From NCBI GenBank assembly GCA_009991965.1, contig JAACWQ010000004.1:42074-106073 (forward strand): a DNA stretch of 64,000 bases, written 5' to 3'. Made by a program: the position numbers and the translations under genes. The notes beneath the pieces were generated by a model. That model ran no database searches. It was not told where the DNA came from and saw only the letters and a program-made list of their open reading frames with translations. Origin of the DNA: Minisyncoccota bacterium. GTDB lineage: Bacteria > Patescibacteriota > Microgenomatia > UBA1400 > PJMF01. Within the stretch, counting starts at the first letter, position 1; the number at the start of each line of letters is the position of its first letter. Below, piece after piece: positions 9,370 to 19,128 of this stretch.

Positions 9370-11643
9370 CTAAGGTTTTGATCGATGTACAAAGAGGCCA
9401 ATCACAACTACCAATAACGTGAGACTTGAAATTCCCAAACCATAGTAAAACATCCGCGGCTCATACCACATCTGCACCCTATTCGTGCCCTGCTCAACTG
9501 GCAGCAAGCGCATGCCGTTGTGATTACTTATTTTCACCGAGTGGCCATTAACCGTCGCTCGCCAATCTTTGTCGTAGCGGTCAGCGATGATCATTTTGCT
9601 GGTCTCACTTGCGGTGGCTACAAAGCGTATTTGATTCGGTGTTTCAAGTAAATCCTTGACGTACACAAATCCTGTCTCTGCTGTACGAAATCTTGGCTGA
9701 GCTGGCAATTGATAGAGCATAAGATTTTCAGTTTCTGCCACTATCTGCTCTGGCATCATCGCCCCATAGAGCGGAAACCAAGTGTCGCGAACATAGTAAC
9801 CAACAGACCATTCGGATAATGCTTCGTTTATCACCGCAATTTCTGGCAAATTGTTAATGCTCGTTTCAGCAGAATTTGCCGCACCAAACCGCTCCTGCAC
9901 GTCGAGTGGCAATAACGTGGTGTACCCATTAATGACAGGGACACCGAAGACCATATTCCAATCTGGTGTTGCGCCCGAACGCATGCGTTGCAGATGTGAA
10001 TAGTTGTTCGATTCTTCCGCATCAATATATGAATCAGAAAACGGCTGACGCACTGCGAGCGCATCCCAGTACGCACCAAAATCTGTGTACGGCGTGTTGT
10101 AGTTACGTGTCAATACTCGATATTGAGTCAAGTCCTGTGCTTGCATGAGCGAAGTGATTTCGTTATGCGTGGAATCTATTGAGTAGATCTCTCTCGGAGC
10201 AAAGAAAAATAAATGAGCAGTGTTGAAAATAAGATCAAATGCAATACAAATCAGCAAAAGTTTATATTTTTTTTGCAGCCAAAAAAACAGAGACGCTACC
10301 AACACCGCACTTGTAATAATAAATGACCTTAGTATGTTTGAAAGCAGTAAAAAATCTCTTGCAAGTGTATGAAACGGGCTGAGAGATAATCTGCCAGAAA
10401 GTATTTGGTCTGCCTTGTGCCAAATTGGTGAAAATCCTGATTGCATCACAAGCCAACCAATGCCGGAAAGCACAGCGAGCACTGACACCGACCAAAGCAC
10501 ATACCGCCAGCGGAGTGATTTTTTTGGTTTACATTGATCAAAACTCCAACCGATCAACAGTGCACCCGAAAACGCGGTTAACTGTAAGATTCCACTTGCA
10601 CCTCTCGAAGCACCAAGCAGCGGAATTTTGCTCAAGAACGAAAACCATGGCAATGCATCGCCAAATGCAAACAGCAGCGAAGCAACAGCCACCATCCAAA
10701 GCGTACGGATAAAAAGCGGAGCTCTCCTGAGATTCCGTAAACTAAAACCAAGCAAGAGCAGTCCAAACCAACCAAAGTACACTACAATATTTGGCTGAGC
10801 ATTCCATAGCAAACCCCATTTTATGCCTATAATTGGGTTATAGAAAAACGTTGGGAGTATCACATGTATTAGTTCACCAATTGAGAGCGACCCTGCTGCC
10901 GCTTGGTCAAGCGACTGTACAACTCGCGTAGAATTCGCCAGTGTCGGTAAAAAGGGCAACCAAACGATTGCACTCGCACCAACAGCAATAATGCCCGCTA
11001 GCAACCAAGTTCGAATAAACTTTGTCTCCCACCGCCACGACAGACTGAGAATGAAACTAAACGTCACGGCGTACAAAACATACTGTGGGTATCCTCCGAG
11101 TAATTGCAGTGCAACCAATAAACCAAGAAATATTGCAGAACGAATAGTATGGCGCTTTGCAACCCCAGCCCAGACTATCCATGGCAAAAAACTCAATGAT
11201 TGCAGCGTTGCAATATTATTAATTGAACCGGCAATTTGTGGCGAACACGACCACAAGATAGCAACAAGGTAGGAAGCAGTTTTGGAAAAAGCCAATCTTC
11301 GAGCCAAAAAGTACGCACCTGCAAAAGTAAGCAACACCTGTGCCAAAACTGTCATATTAAGCGCAGTTGCAGGTGAAAACACAAGAAATAATAATGTTGA
11401 TGGATACAGCATTGATTGGTTGATATCACCAATCCAACTAATACCAGCAAATAGCAACGGGTTCCAGAGTGGCAAGATACCTTGACGCAACCAAGTGATA
11501 GTAAATAGCTTTCCCGGTACCATCAACGAGAAGTTGTCGCCAAAAAAAATTGTCTTGTCGAAAAAAAACTGCCAAAAACGTGTAGACGCGAGAAAAAGGC
11601 CAGCGAGCCAAACGTGCAAAATTTGTTTGGAATTCGCCTGCAT
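9370..11643 (-). CDS. YfhO-family polytopic membrane protein (putative glycosyl-carrier lipid flippase/glycosyltransferase partner)
   Basis: 757 aa, many predicted TM helices and a large C-terminal extracytoplasmic domain; tightly coupled to an upstream GT2 gene, as in csbB-yfhO pairs. Confidence 0.5.
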   Translation of the reverse strand: MQANSKQILHVWLAGLFLASTRFWQFFFDKTIFFGDNFSLMVPGKLFTITWLRQGILPLWNPLLFAGISWIGDINQSMLYPSTLLFLVFSPATALNMTVLAQVLLTFAGAYFLARRLAFSKTASYLVAILWSCSPQIAGSINNIATLQSLSFLPWIVWAGVAKRHTIRSAIFLGLLVALQLLGGYPQYVLYAVTFSFILSLSWRWETKFIRTWLLAGIIAVGASAIVWLPFLPTLANSTRVVQSLDQAAAGSLSIGELIHVILPTFFYNPIIGIKWGLLWNAQPNIVVYFGWFGLLLLGFSLRNLRRAPLFIRTLWMVAVASLLFAFGDALPWFSFLSKIPLLGASRGASGILQLTAFSGALLIGWSFDQCKPKKSLRWRYVLWSVSVLAVLSGIGWLVMQSGFSPIWHKADQILSGRLSLSPFHTLARDFLLLSNILRSFIITSAVLVASLFFWLQKKYKLLLICIAFDLIFNTAHLFFFAPREIYSIDSTHNEITSLMQAQDLTQYRVLTRNYNTPYTDFGAYWDALAVRQPFSDSYIDAEESNNYSHLQRMRSGATPDWNMVFGVPVINGYTTLLPLDVQERFGAANSAETSINNLPEIAVINEALSEWSVGYYVRDTWFPLYGAMMPEQIVAETENLMLYQLPAQPRFRTAETGFVYVKDLLETPNQIRFVATASETSKMIIADRYDKDWRATVNGHSVKISNHNGMRLLPVEQGTNRVQMWYEPRMFYYGLGISSLTLLVVVIGLFVHRSKP

Positions 11644-11645
11644 GA

Positions 11646-12350
11646 CTACTGGTTACTCAGCCGCAAACCAATAATCGTCCGCACCGCCGAAATGCCATCT
11701 CGCCAAGTGATTTTTTTACCTTCAGAAAAATCTCTGCCAATATAACTAATGGGAACTTCAAAAATTTTGTAACCTCGTTTGAGCAACTTACAAGTTATTT
11801 CTGGCTCTATGTCAAAAGCATTACTTGCTAAATTAAGATCCCGCAAAACTTCTGTTGGCACAACTTTGTAGCAGGTTTCCATATCGGAAAGTGTTGTGTT
11901 GAACAAAATATTTACCAAAAAGTTTAGTGCTGAGTTCCCCACTCGGTGCCAAAAAAGCAAGTTGAGGTGTGGGCCCAAAAACCGTGAACCGTACACGATA
12001 TCAACTCTCCCTCGCTTGATCGGCTCGAGTAATGCTGGGATATCTTCCGGGTCGTATTCAAGGTCAGCGTCCTGAATTAACACAAACTTTCCCGTCACAT
12101 GCTCGAGACCAAAACGAATTGCACTCCCTTTACCGCCATTTTCTTTGCGAAATATTTTCAGTTTGGGGTGCTTCAGTTGTGCAAGAATTTGTGGGGTGCT
12201 ATCGGTCGAACCATCGTCGACCACGATCACCTCGGTAACTTCCGAAACGCTCAAGAGCTTCTGCAGCACTTCCTTGAGCGTCTGTTCTTCGTTATAAATC
12301 GGGACGAGGACTGAGAGTTTGAGAGCGCGTTTCATACGCCTATCATACAT
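11646..12350 (-). CDS. family 2 glycosyltransferase (polyprenol-phosphate sugar transferase, CsbB/GtrB-like)
   Basis: GT2 motifs VLVPIYNEE, VVDDGSTDST, DADLEYDP. Confidence 0.8.
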   Translation of the reverse strand: MYDRRMKRALKLSVLVPIYNEEQTLKEVLQKLLSVSEVTEVIVVDDGSTDSTPQILAQLKHPKLKIFRKENGGKGSAIRFGLEHVTGKFVLIQDADLEYDPEDIPALLEPIKRGRVDIVYGSRFLGPHLNLLFWHRVGNSALNFLVNILFNTTLSDMETCYKVVPTEVLRDLNLASNAFDIEPEITCKLLKRGYKIFEVPISYIGRDFSEGKKITWRDGISAVRTIIGLRLSNQ

Positions 12351-14299
12351 TACTCTTTGATAACTTCGCCCTCTTCGGCGTCCTTGCTCGGCTCTTCCTC
12401 CTTGGCGTCTTTTCCGTCGTCAGGCTTTTTGTCGTCTTCGGCTGCCGCTTCTGGATTTGGCGCTGCTTCAGCTTGTGCTTTCTGCATTACTTCACCAATT
12501 TTTTGAGCAGAAGCAAAGGTAGCTTCGACAGCTTTGTCCAACTCCTCTTTGGTGGCATCATCTTTTGCTGCCAATTCTTTGAGTTGCTTGACATTGGTTT
12601 CGATTGACTCTTTGTCTTTGGCCTCGAGCTTGTCGCCGTACTCTTTGAGTTGTTTCTCTATTTCGAAAGAAACACTGGTGGCTTGATTGCGCGCCTCGAC
12701 CAACTCCTTTTTCTGTTTGTCTTCGTCGGCGTGCAGCTCTGCATCTGCCTTCATTTTTTCGACTTCTTCCTCAGAAAGGTTGGTAGAGTTTTGAATCGTA
12801 ATCTTTTGTTCTTTACTCGTGTTCTTGTCTTTCGCCGTGACGTGCAAGATACCATTGGAATCTATATCAAAGGTGACTTCAATCTGTGGCGTACCACGCA
12901 TAGCTGGAGGTATACCATCGAGTACGAAGCGACCAAGTGACTTGTTATCGGTCGCCATTTCACGCTCACCTTGCAAAACATTGATCTCTACCTGAGTTTG
13001 ATTATCTGCCGCGGTAGAAAAGACCTGTGACTTGCTCGTTGGAACAGTGGTATTGCGTTCGATCAGGGGAGTTCTCACTCCGCCGAGGGTTTCGAGTCCC
13101 AAAGTCAGTGGAGTAACATCGAGCAGTACAACATCCGAGACATCACCACCGATGACACCAGCTTGAATAGCGGCGCCAATTGCGACCACCTCATCTGGAT
13201 TTACTCCCTTATGTGGCTCTTTGCCGAAGAATTTCTTGACTGCTTCGACCACCTTTGGCATACGGGTCATGCCACCAACCAACACGATGTCATTAATATC
13301 TGATGGTTTGAGCTTGGCGTCTTTAAGCGCCTTCTCGACAGGTACGAAAGAACGTTGAATTAAATCATCAACTAACTCCTCCAATTTTGCTCTTGAGAGA
13401 GTTAACGTAAGATGCAGCGGTTGTCCTTCGTCACCCTGGGTAATAAATGGCTGATTAATTTCAGTTGTTTGTGCACTTGAGAGCTCAATCTTTGCTTTCT
13501 CTGCCACGTCCTTGACGCGTTGAAGTGCCTGAGGATCTTTGGTCAAATCTTTGCCAAATTCTTTTTTGAACTCTGCGACAATCCACTCGATAATTACGTG
13601 ATCAAAGTCATCTCCACCTAGGAACGTGTCGCCATTGGTAGACTTCACTTCAAAAACGCCATCACCAATTTCGAGAATGGAAATATCAAAGGTACCGCCA
13701 CCAAGGTCATAGACAGCAATAGTACTTGAGCCTTTTTTGTCGAGACCGTATGCCAGTGCTGCTGCAGTTGGTTCATTGACAATACGCTCGACAGTCAGGC
13801 CAGCGATTTCTCCTGCTTGTTTGGTAGCTTGGCGTTGAGAGTCATCGAAGTATGCAGGAACAGTAATAACTGCTCTTGAAACAGTAGTGCCCAAGTAGCT
13901 TTCTGCGTCAGCTTTCGCTTTGGATAAAATCTTGGCGGAAATTTCTTGTGGCGTGTAAGACTTGTTGTCAATTTTGACGACAGCCATGCCCTCTTTTCCC
14001 TCTTCAATGGTGTACGAAACATGCTTGATTGCTTCTTTGACAGCCGCATCTTTGAGTTTGCGACCCATAAAACGCTTAACTGAATTGACCGTTTTAGTAG
14101 GATTCAGCACCATCTGGCGCTTGGCAATGTCTCCGACTGTTACATCTGAACCCTTGAACGAAACAATCGAAGGAAACGTATTGCGACCCTCGGCTGTTGG
14201 AATGATTTTTGCAGTTCCACCTTCCATCACCGCAACGGCTGAGTTGGTGGTTCCAAGATCAATTCCAATGATTTTTCCGGTTTGTTTTGTATCTGACAT
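12350..14299 (-). CDS. dnaK: molecular chaperone DnaK (Hsp70)
   Basis: [22 protein letters not shown], substrate-binding domain, acidic C-terminal tail. Confidence 0.95.
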   Translation of the reverse strand: MSDTKQTGKIIGIDLGTTNSAVAVMEGGTAKIIPTAEGRNTFPSIVSFKGSDVTVGDIAKRQMVLNPTKTVNSVKRFMGRKLKDAAVKEAIKHVSYTIEEGKEGMAVVKIDNKSYTPQEISAKILSKAKADAESYLGTTVSRAVITVPAYFDDSQRQATKQAGEIAGLTVERIVNEPTAAALAYGLDKKGSSTIAVYDLGGGTFDISILEIGDGVFEVKSTNGDTFLGGDDFDHVIIEWIVAEFKKEFGKDLTKDPQALQRVKDVAEKAKIELSSAQTTEINQPFITQGDEGQPLHLTLTLSRAKLEELVDDLIQRSFVPVEKALKDAKLKPSDINDIVLVGGMTRMPKVVEAVKKFFGKEPHKGVNPDEVVAIGAAIQAGVIGGDVSDVVLLDVTPLTLGLETLGGVRTPLIERNTTVPTSKSQVFSTAADNQTQVEINVLQGEREMATDNKSLGRFVLDGIPPAMRGTPQIEVTFDIDSNGILHVTAKDKNTSKEQKITIQNSTNLSEEEVEKMKADAELHADEDKQKKELVEARNQATSVSFEIEKQLKEYGDKLEAKDKESIETNVKQLKELAAKDDATKEELDKAVEATFASAQKIGEVMQKAQAEAAPNPEAAAEDDKKPDDGKDAKEEEPSKDAEEGEVIKE

Positions 14300-14387
14300 A
14301 GTCCCTTTCTATCTGGTTTATATCTTTTTTTATATTGTGCGAATAGAATATCACGAATTAGCAGTCATGTAAAGAGACTGCCAATTA

Positions 14388-14846
14388 TCAACCTACAACT
14401 ACCTTTGCGTGCTGCAAAATTTCTCCATTGAGCGTGAAGCCTGGTCGCACTACAGTTGTCGCTACTGGCGTAGTAATGTCAGGTGAAATTGCCTCAACTG
14501 CTTCCATTGTGGCGGCATCAAACGGTTTGCCGATGACTTCGATTTGCTCCAAACCATGCGCTTGCAGAGTTTTCCAAAGTTGGTCGATCACCATCTGCAA
14601 ACCTGGGTCTGCCAATTGCTCACTCGCCAGAGACAAGTGTGCCAATGGATCGAGTAGGTCCGTCAGTAAGTGCTTTGTTGCAAGCTTGCTGTGCTGCAAC
14701 TTTTCTTCTCTGGTCCTGCGAACAATATTTTGATAATCGGCTTGTAAACGTCGTTCTCGCTCGACTAGTTCTGCAACCTGTGCTTCCAACTCCGCAACTT
14801 CTGGTACTGCAATTTTTTCAACTGGTGGCGTATTTTTTTTACTCAT
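14388..14846 (-). CDS. grpE: nucleotide exchange factor GrpE
   Basis: Coiled-coil N-terminus and GrpE C-terminal beta domain; sits between hrcA and dnaK. Confidence 0.85.
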   Translation of the reverse strand: MSKKNTPPVEKIAVPEVAELEAQVAELVERERRLQADYQNIVRRTREEKLQHSKLATKHLLTDLLDPLAHLSLASEQLADPGLQMVIDQLWKTLQAHGLEQIEVIGKPFDAATMEAVEAISPDITTPVATTVVRPGFTLNGEILQHAKVVVG

Positions 14847-14852
14847 ATGTGG

Positions 14853-15575
14853 TTACTCAACTATATCCTGAATCAGGGTACGCATATACTTCATCATCGG
14901 AATTATGTACGGGTAGTCAAATCGACTCGAGCCAATAACCGCTAATTCGCACTGCACCTCACCAACTTTAAACGACGTGTGAATCACTCCAAGAGACACA
15001 AGGTTTCGGTTGCCCAGTTCTGGACCATAAACGACTTGAATAATATTGTCGCTCGTATTGGTCGCAAAAATTTCACTCAAAAGCGAAACTTCTTCGATCA
15101 ACTGCAAAACAGTACGCATGACTTTGATGTCATAAAACTCAGGCATCTGCAGTAAGTTGGCATAACCGGAGTGATAGAGCTTATGCTTATCAAGCATCGC
15201 GAGACCAAGGGCGTGCGATTTATCTGCCAGAACTCGAGTAATCTGTGAAAAAACTTCATCGATTTCCTTGCGGGAGTCCCAGACTTTTTCCTTGGCTGCA
15301 ACTTCATCGGCCACGGTCAATTCTTTCTCACGCATCAATTCATTGACGTATAACTTAAGCGCAACTGGAGTCGGGATACGACCAGCGCTCGAGTGACCTT
15401 TTTTTAGATACCCTTGTTTGGTGAGTTGCACCATTTCATTGCGAATGGTGGCAGGCGAAACGCCAATCGAAAACTTTCGATCAATCGTGTCTGAACCAAC
15501 TGGTTCGGCCGTCTCAATAAAATCTTGAATCACGGCGCGCAAAATTTGGATTTGTCTGGCTGTGAGGTCAATCAT
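14853..15575 (-). CDS. hrcA: heat-inducible transcription repressor HrcA (short form)
   Basis: N-terminal wHTH (LTARQIQILRAVIQDFIETAEPVGSDTI); first gene of the hrcA-grpE-dnaK operon; CIRCE-like site upstream. Confidence 0.85.
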   Translation of the reverse strand: MIDLTARQIQILRAVIQDFIETAEPVGSDTIDRKFSIGVSPATIRNEMVQLTKQGYLKKGHSSAGRIPTPVALKLYVNELMREKELTVADEVAAKEKVWDSRKEIDEVFSQITRVLADKSHALGLAMLDKHKLYHSGYANLLQMPEFYDIKVMRTVLQLIEEVSLLSEIFATNTSDNIIQVVYGPELGNRNLVSLGVIHTSFKVGEVQCELAVIGSSRFDYPYIIPMMKYMRTLIQDIVE

Positions 15576-15593
15576 ACGTATATATTTTCGTGC

Positions 15594-15620
15594 TTAGCAG
15601 AAGACTTGAGTTACTGCTAA
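15594..15620 (-). promoter_or_regulatory. CIRCE-like HrcA operator (TTAGCAGAA-N9-TACTGCTAA)
   Basis: 9-N9-9 inverted repeat with TTAGCA...TGCTAA arms, 19-45 bp upstream of the hrcA start. Confidence 0.6.
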
Positions 15621-15674
15621 TAATAACTACAGAGTGATAGAATGTCAATCAATATCCTGCTAGGATAAACTCAA

Positions 15675-17087
15675 ATGAAACGACAGAAAAAAGTTCGAGC
15701 ACATCTGTTTGCAACTGGAGTAGTGTTGCTACTTTTGTTGACTGCGACAATTCTCGGCGCGACCCAAATCCGCATTGTACGAGAACTCTTCACTTTTGCC
15801 AATAATCCACAACCGGCTGATATTGTTATTGATACCGAAGGAATCCTGGGTCCCCTCCCACGACCGTGGCGTAATCTGGCACAAGGCGGTGAAGAAGCAA
15901 GCTGGCAACTGGAACCAGTCGCTGTGCAAGTCAAACAACTACATCCAGACTACATTCGTATCGACCATATTTTTGATTTTTACGAAATTGTCCAAGGTTC
16001 TCCGGGCAATCTCACGTTTGATTTTTCTCAGTTCGACAAAATCCTCGATGGCATCGCTACCACTGGCGCCAAACCGTATATTGCGCTTTCGTATCTGCCA
16101 CCTGCTTTGGGAGGCAGCGACATCGTTTCAAGTCCTGAGCGCTATGAAGATTGGCAGTTGGTCGTGCAGAAAACAATCGAACACGTCTCTGGCACCAGAG
16201 GATTGAGAGATGTTTATTACGAAGTCTGGAATGAACCAGATTTGTTTGGCGATTGGAAATATTACGGAGACAAAAATTATCTCAACTTATATGGTGCGGC
16301 AGCTCGGGGAGCACAACAAGCTCGAGGCGTACAGCCATTTAAAATTGGCGGTCCAGCCACCACAGGATTTTATAAATCTTGGTTTGATGCCCTGGCAAAA
16401 TACACGAGTGAAAATAATTTGCGGCTCGATTTTATTTCTTGGCATCGCTATGACTCAGATGTTGAACAATTCAGAGAAGATATCATAGATATCCGCACTT
16501 GGGCAGAAAAGTATCCGCAACTAGCGCCAACTCTAGAATTTCACATCACCGAGTGGGGTCATGATAGTGAAAACAACCCCGGGTATGACAACAACTATGG
16601 CGCTGCACACACCGTTGCCGCTGCGATAGAAATGGTTGGTGTTGTCGAACGGGCCTTTGTATTTGAGATTCAGGATGGCAAAGATCCAGAGGGCAAAGAA
16701 CATTGGGGTCGATGGGGACTACTTACGCACAAAGATTTTGGCTCTAAACCAAAACCACGTTACCACGCACTGAAAATGCTTGATTCTCTCGGAGAGCAAC
16801 GTGTGCAACTACTCGGCAAAGGGACCTATGTAAAAGCGCTCGCGAGCAAATCTATCGAGGGTGTGTATGGCGTCGTCATAGCAAATTTTGACGAAACAGG
16901 CAAAAATGCTGAGAGTGTTCCAGTGGCTTTTCAAAATCTTACTCCAGGAAATTACACACTCAAAAAAGAGTATCTGAGTAAATCAGGCACAACGGAAACA
17001 GTTGCCGTCGGCATAGAACCACTACAAATTATTGTTCCGCTCGGGCCATACGATGTGGCAAAAATTACGCTGACTCAGGTTAATTGA
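15675..17087 (+). CDS. secreted/membrane-anchored glycoside hydrolase, clan GH-A (GH39-like)
   Basis: N-terminal hydrophobic anchor; YYEVWNEPDL, where WNEP carries the catalytic acid of GH39/GH5-type (beta/alpha)8 hydrolases. Confidence 0.5.
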   Translation: MKRQKKVRAHLFATGVVLLLLLTATILGATQIRIVRELFTFANNPQPADIVIDTEGILGPLPRPWRNLAQGGEEASWQLEPVAVQVKQLHPDYIRIDHIFDFYEIVQGSPGNLTFDFSQFDKILDGIATTGAKPYIALSYLPPALGGSDIVSSPERYEDWQLVVQKTIEHVSGTRGLRDVYYEVWNEPDLFGDWKYYGDKNYLNLYGAAARGAQQARGVQPFKIGGPATTGFYKSWFDALAKYTSENNLRLDFISWHRYDSDVEQFREDIIDIRTWAEKYPQLAPTLEFHITEWGHDSENNPGYDNNYGAAHTVAAAIEMVGVVERAFVFEIQDGKDPEGKEHWGRWGLLTHKDFGSKPKPRYHALKMLDSLGEQRVQLLGKGTYVKALASKSIEGVYGVVIANFDETGKNAESVPVAFQNLTPGNYTLKKEYLSKSGTTETVAVGIEPLQIIVPLGPYDVAKITLTQVN

Positions 17088-18178
17088 GCAATAAACTCTG
17101 TAATTTTTTTCTTAAACTGTGCAAGTGAAAACTGCTGACTATGTTTGTAAAGTTCTAGAGGTGAAAAGCTACTTTTCTCCGCCTGTTGCATTGCCTGCCA
17201 AAGTCCTGCGGCAGAAAGTTCGCTAAAAAGTACCCCTGTTCTCCCAGGCAAAACTGTCTCTCTAGGACCACCAGAGTCATGTGCTATTACGGGTACGCCG
17301 TGCGCCATAGCTTCAACTGGAACTATGCCAAAGTCTTCATCTTCGACTGGGTACAACAGTGCCTTCGCTCCCGCATACAACTCATTCAGTTTTTCATCAC
17401 TGACTGCCCCGCAAAACTCGATGCTAGATCCCGCCATCGCTTGCAAACCTGCTAGCATCTTACCCGACCCGACTACTTTGAGCGGTAAGTTCTGCTCCGT
17501 ACATACTTGCACTGCAAGCTCTGGATGCTTCGCCAGCGCCAAGCGATTGACATAGAGATAGTACGAGCGATCATTTGCCAACGGAGGTTGAGCGGGAATG
17601 TGGACCGGTGGGTAAATAATGATTGAGTCTCGACGATAAAACTTAGTGATTCTGCGCGCAGTTTCCCAAGAGTTTGCGATAAAGAAATCGACTTTTTGTG
17701 CCACGTAGTAATCGACCACGCGCAAATAATGATTGATCAGCGTACCAAATACTCGCGTGATCGGATTTGCTCGCCAATTACTCATGGTGGTGTAGCCATA
17801 CAACGAGCGCGCGGGCGTGTGACAGTAACAAACGTGTTTGCCATTTGGGACGATAACCGCTTTGGCAAAATAAGCGTTTGACGAGGAAATAACCAGATCA
17901 AATTCTGAAAGATCCAGCGCTTTGAAGTAATTTGGCGCCCAAATACGTAGCGGTGAAAACAACAATGTATAGCCGGGAATCTTTGTTAGCCAAGTCGTGC
18001 GAATATCCCAATCGACAAATCGTTGCCAATGTAAACCTAATTGCTTCTGATCTACGAAAGCAGTAAATACTGGCGCCTCAGGATAGAGCTCGTGCAGCGA
18101 TTCCAAAACGCGCTCTGCACCACCGTATTCTCGCAGGTAATCGTGAACTAAGGCAACTTTTTGCTGTTTTTTTTGCAT
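17075..18178 (-). CDS. family 4 glycosyltransferase (GT4)
   Basis: C-terminal EDEDFGIVPVEAMAHGVPVIAHDSGGPRETV (E-X7-E region); start trimmed to MQKKQQ to avoid overlapping the upstream gene. Confidence 0.75.
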   Translation of the reverse strand: MQKKQQKVALVHDYLREYGGAERVLESLHELYPEAPVFTAFVDQKQLGLHWQRFVDWDIRTTWLTKIPGYTLLFSPLRIWAPNYFKALDLSEFDLVISSSNAYFAKAVIVPNGKHVCYCHTPARSLYGYTTMSNWRANPITRVFGTLINHYLRVVDYYVAQKVDFFIANSWETARRITKFYRRDSIIIYPPVHIPAQPPLANDRSYYLYVNRLALAKHPELAVQVCTEQNLPLKVVGSGKMLAGLQAMAGSSIEFCGAVSDEKLNELYAGAKALLYPVEDEDFGIVPVEAMAHGVPVIAHDSGGPRETVLPGRTGVLFSELSAAGLWQAMQQAEKSSFSPLELYKHSQQFSLAQFKKKITEFIAQLT

Positions 18179-18179
18179 G

Positions 18180-19121
18180 TTAAAAGAGCGCTTTCTGAAC
18201 GGAAAGTTCGAATGCATCTTTGGGCAGCAATCGTTTGAGTGAGGTAAATTTCAATTTTTCAAAAAACTCACTGGCAGCTTCCTTATTGTAGTGAGAAACT
18301 CTGCACGGCTCGAGCGCAAAATCGATTGGGATAGCTCGATCAATTGTGGCGAGTTGCTGGCTCAAAAATGCCATCTCTCGATCTTCGAGCATTTTCTTGA
18401 GGGTTGATCCGACTAGAACTTCGCCGGCAACAGGAGGTTCTCCGGCGACAAGCTCGTCTACTCGTTGGTAAATGCCCTCGAGCGATTTGTGTCGCTCAAG
18501 TAACTTGCGCGCAGTCTTCGGGCCGACACCTTTGACACCAGGGATATTATCTGACGCATCTCCCATCAAGGCTTTCAAATCTATAATTTGCGAAACAGGC
18601 ACGCCCATTTTTTTCTGGACTTCTTCCGCATCGTACTCTGTATCGAGAGATCCCCTGCCTCTGCCAGGCAACCAAGCGTGGGTTTGCTCACTCACGAGCT
18701 GGAACATATCTTTGTCGCCGGTGACGATAATAGAGCGAACATCCGCATGCTCTTTCTCTACTTGCTGCGTAATCGTACCGAGTAAATCATCTGCTTCGAT
18801 ACCAGATTGGGAAAACTGTGGGATGTTGAGGGCCGTCACCACCTCTTTGACCAAGGCAATTTGGGGAATTAGATCATCCGGCATTGCAGCTCGATTGGCT
18901 TTATATTCCTTATATTCCTCGGCGCGTTTTGTCTTCCCTTTACTGTCAAAAGTAGCCGCTATATAGGTTGGTTGCAGATCACGAATCGCGGTCAGAACGC
19001 TACGACTGAAGCCGTAAACTGCGTTGACAAGCGTGCCATCTGGTGCGGTAAGATCGGGAAATGCGTGGTACGCACGATAGATCAGTGCGTGACTGTCGAT
19101 CAGGACGAATGTTTTTGACAC
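18180..19121 (-). CDS. stand-alone 5'-3' exonuclease (FEN/Pol I N-terminal domain)
   Basis: LIDSHALIYRAYHAF, acidic metal-binding residues, H3TH region (GIPGVKGVGPKTARKLL). Confidence 0.8.
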   Translation of the reverse strand: MSKTFVLIDSHALIYRAYHAFPDLTAPDGTLVNAVYGFSRSVLTAIRDLQPTYIAATFDSKGKTKRAEEYKEYKANRAAMPDDLIPQIALVKEVVTALNIPQFSQSGIEADDLLGTITQQVEKEHADVRSIIVTGDKDMFQLVSEQTHAWLPGRGRGSLDTEYDAEEVQKKMGVPVSQIIDLKALMGDASDNIPGVKGVGPKTARKLLERHKSLEGIYQRVDELVAGEPPVAGEVLVGSTLKKMLEDREMAFLSQQLATIDRAIPIDFALEPCRVSHYNKEAASEFFEKLKFTSLKRLLPKDAFELSVQKALF

Positions 19122-19128
19122 AAGGTGA

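Noticed and set aside
15671-15938. Two minus-strand ORFs (87 and 69 aa) overlapping the 5' end of the glycoside hydrolase gene
   Set aside because: They would leave no promoter space between hrcA and the GH gene, overlap the better-supported GH N-terminal anchor region, and have no motifs.
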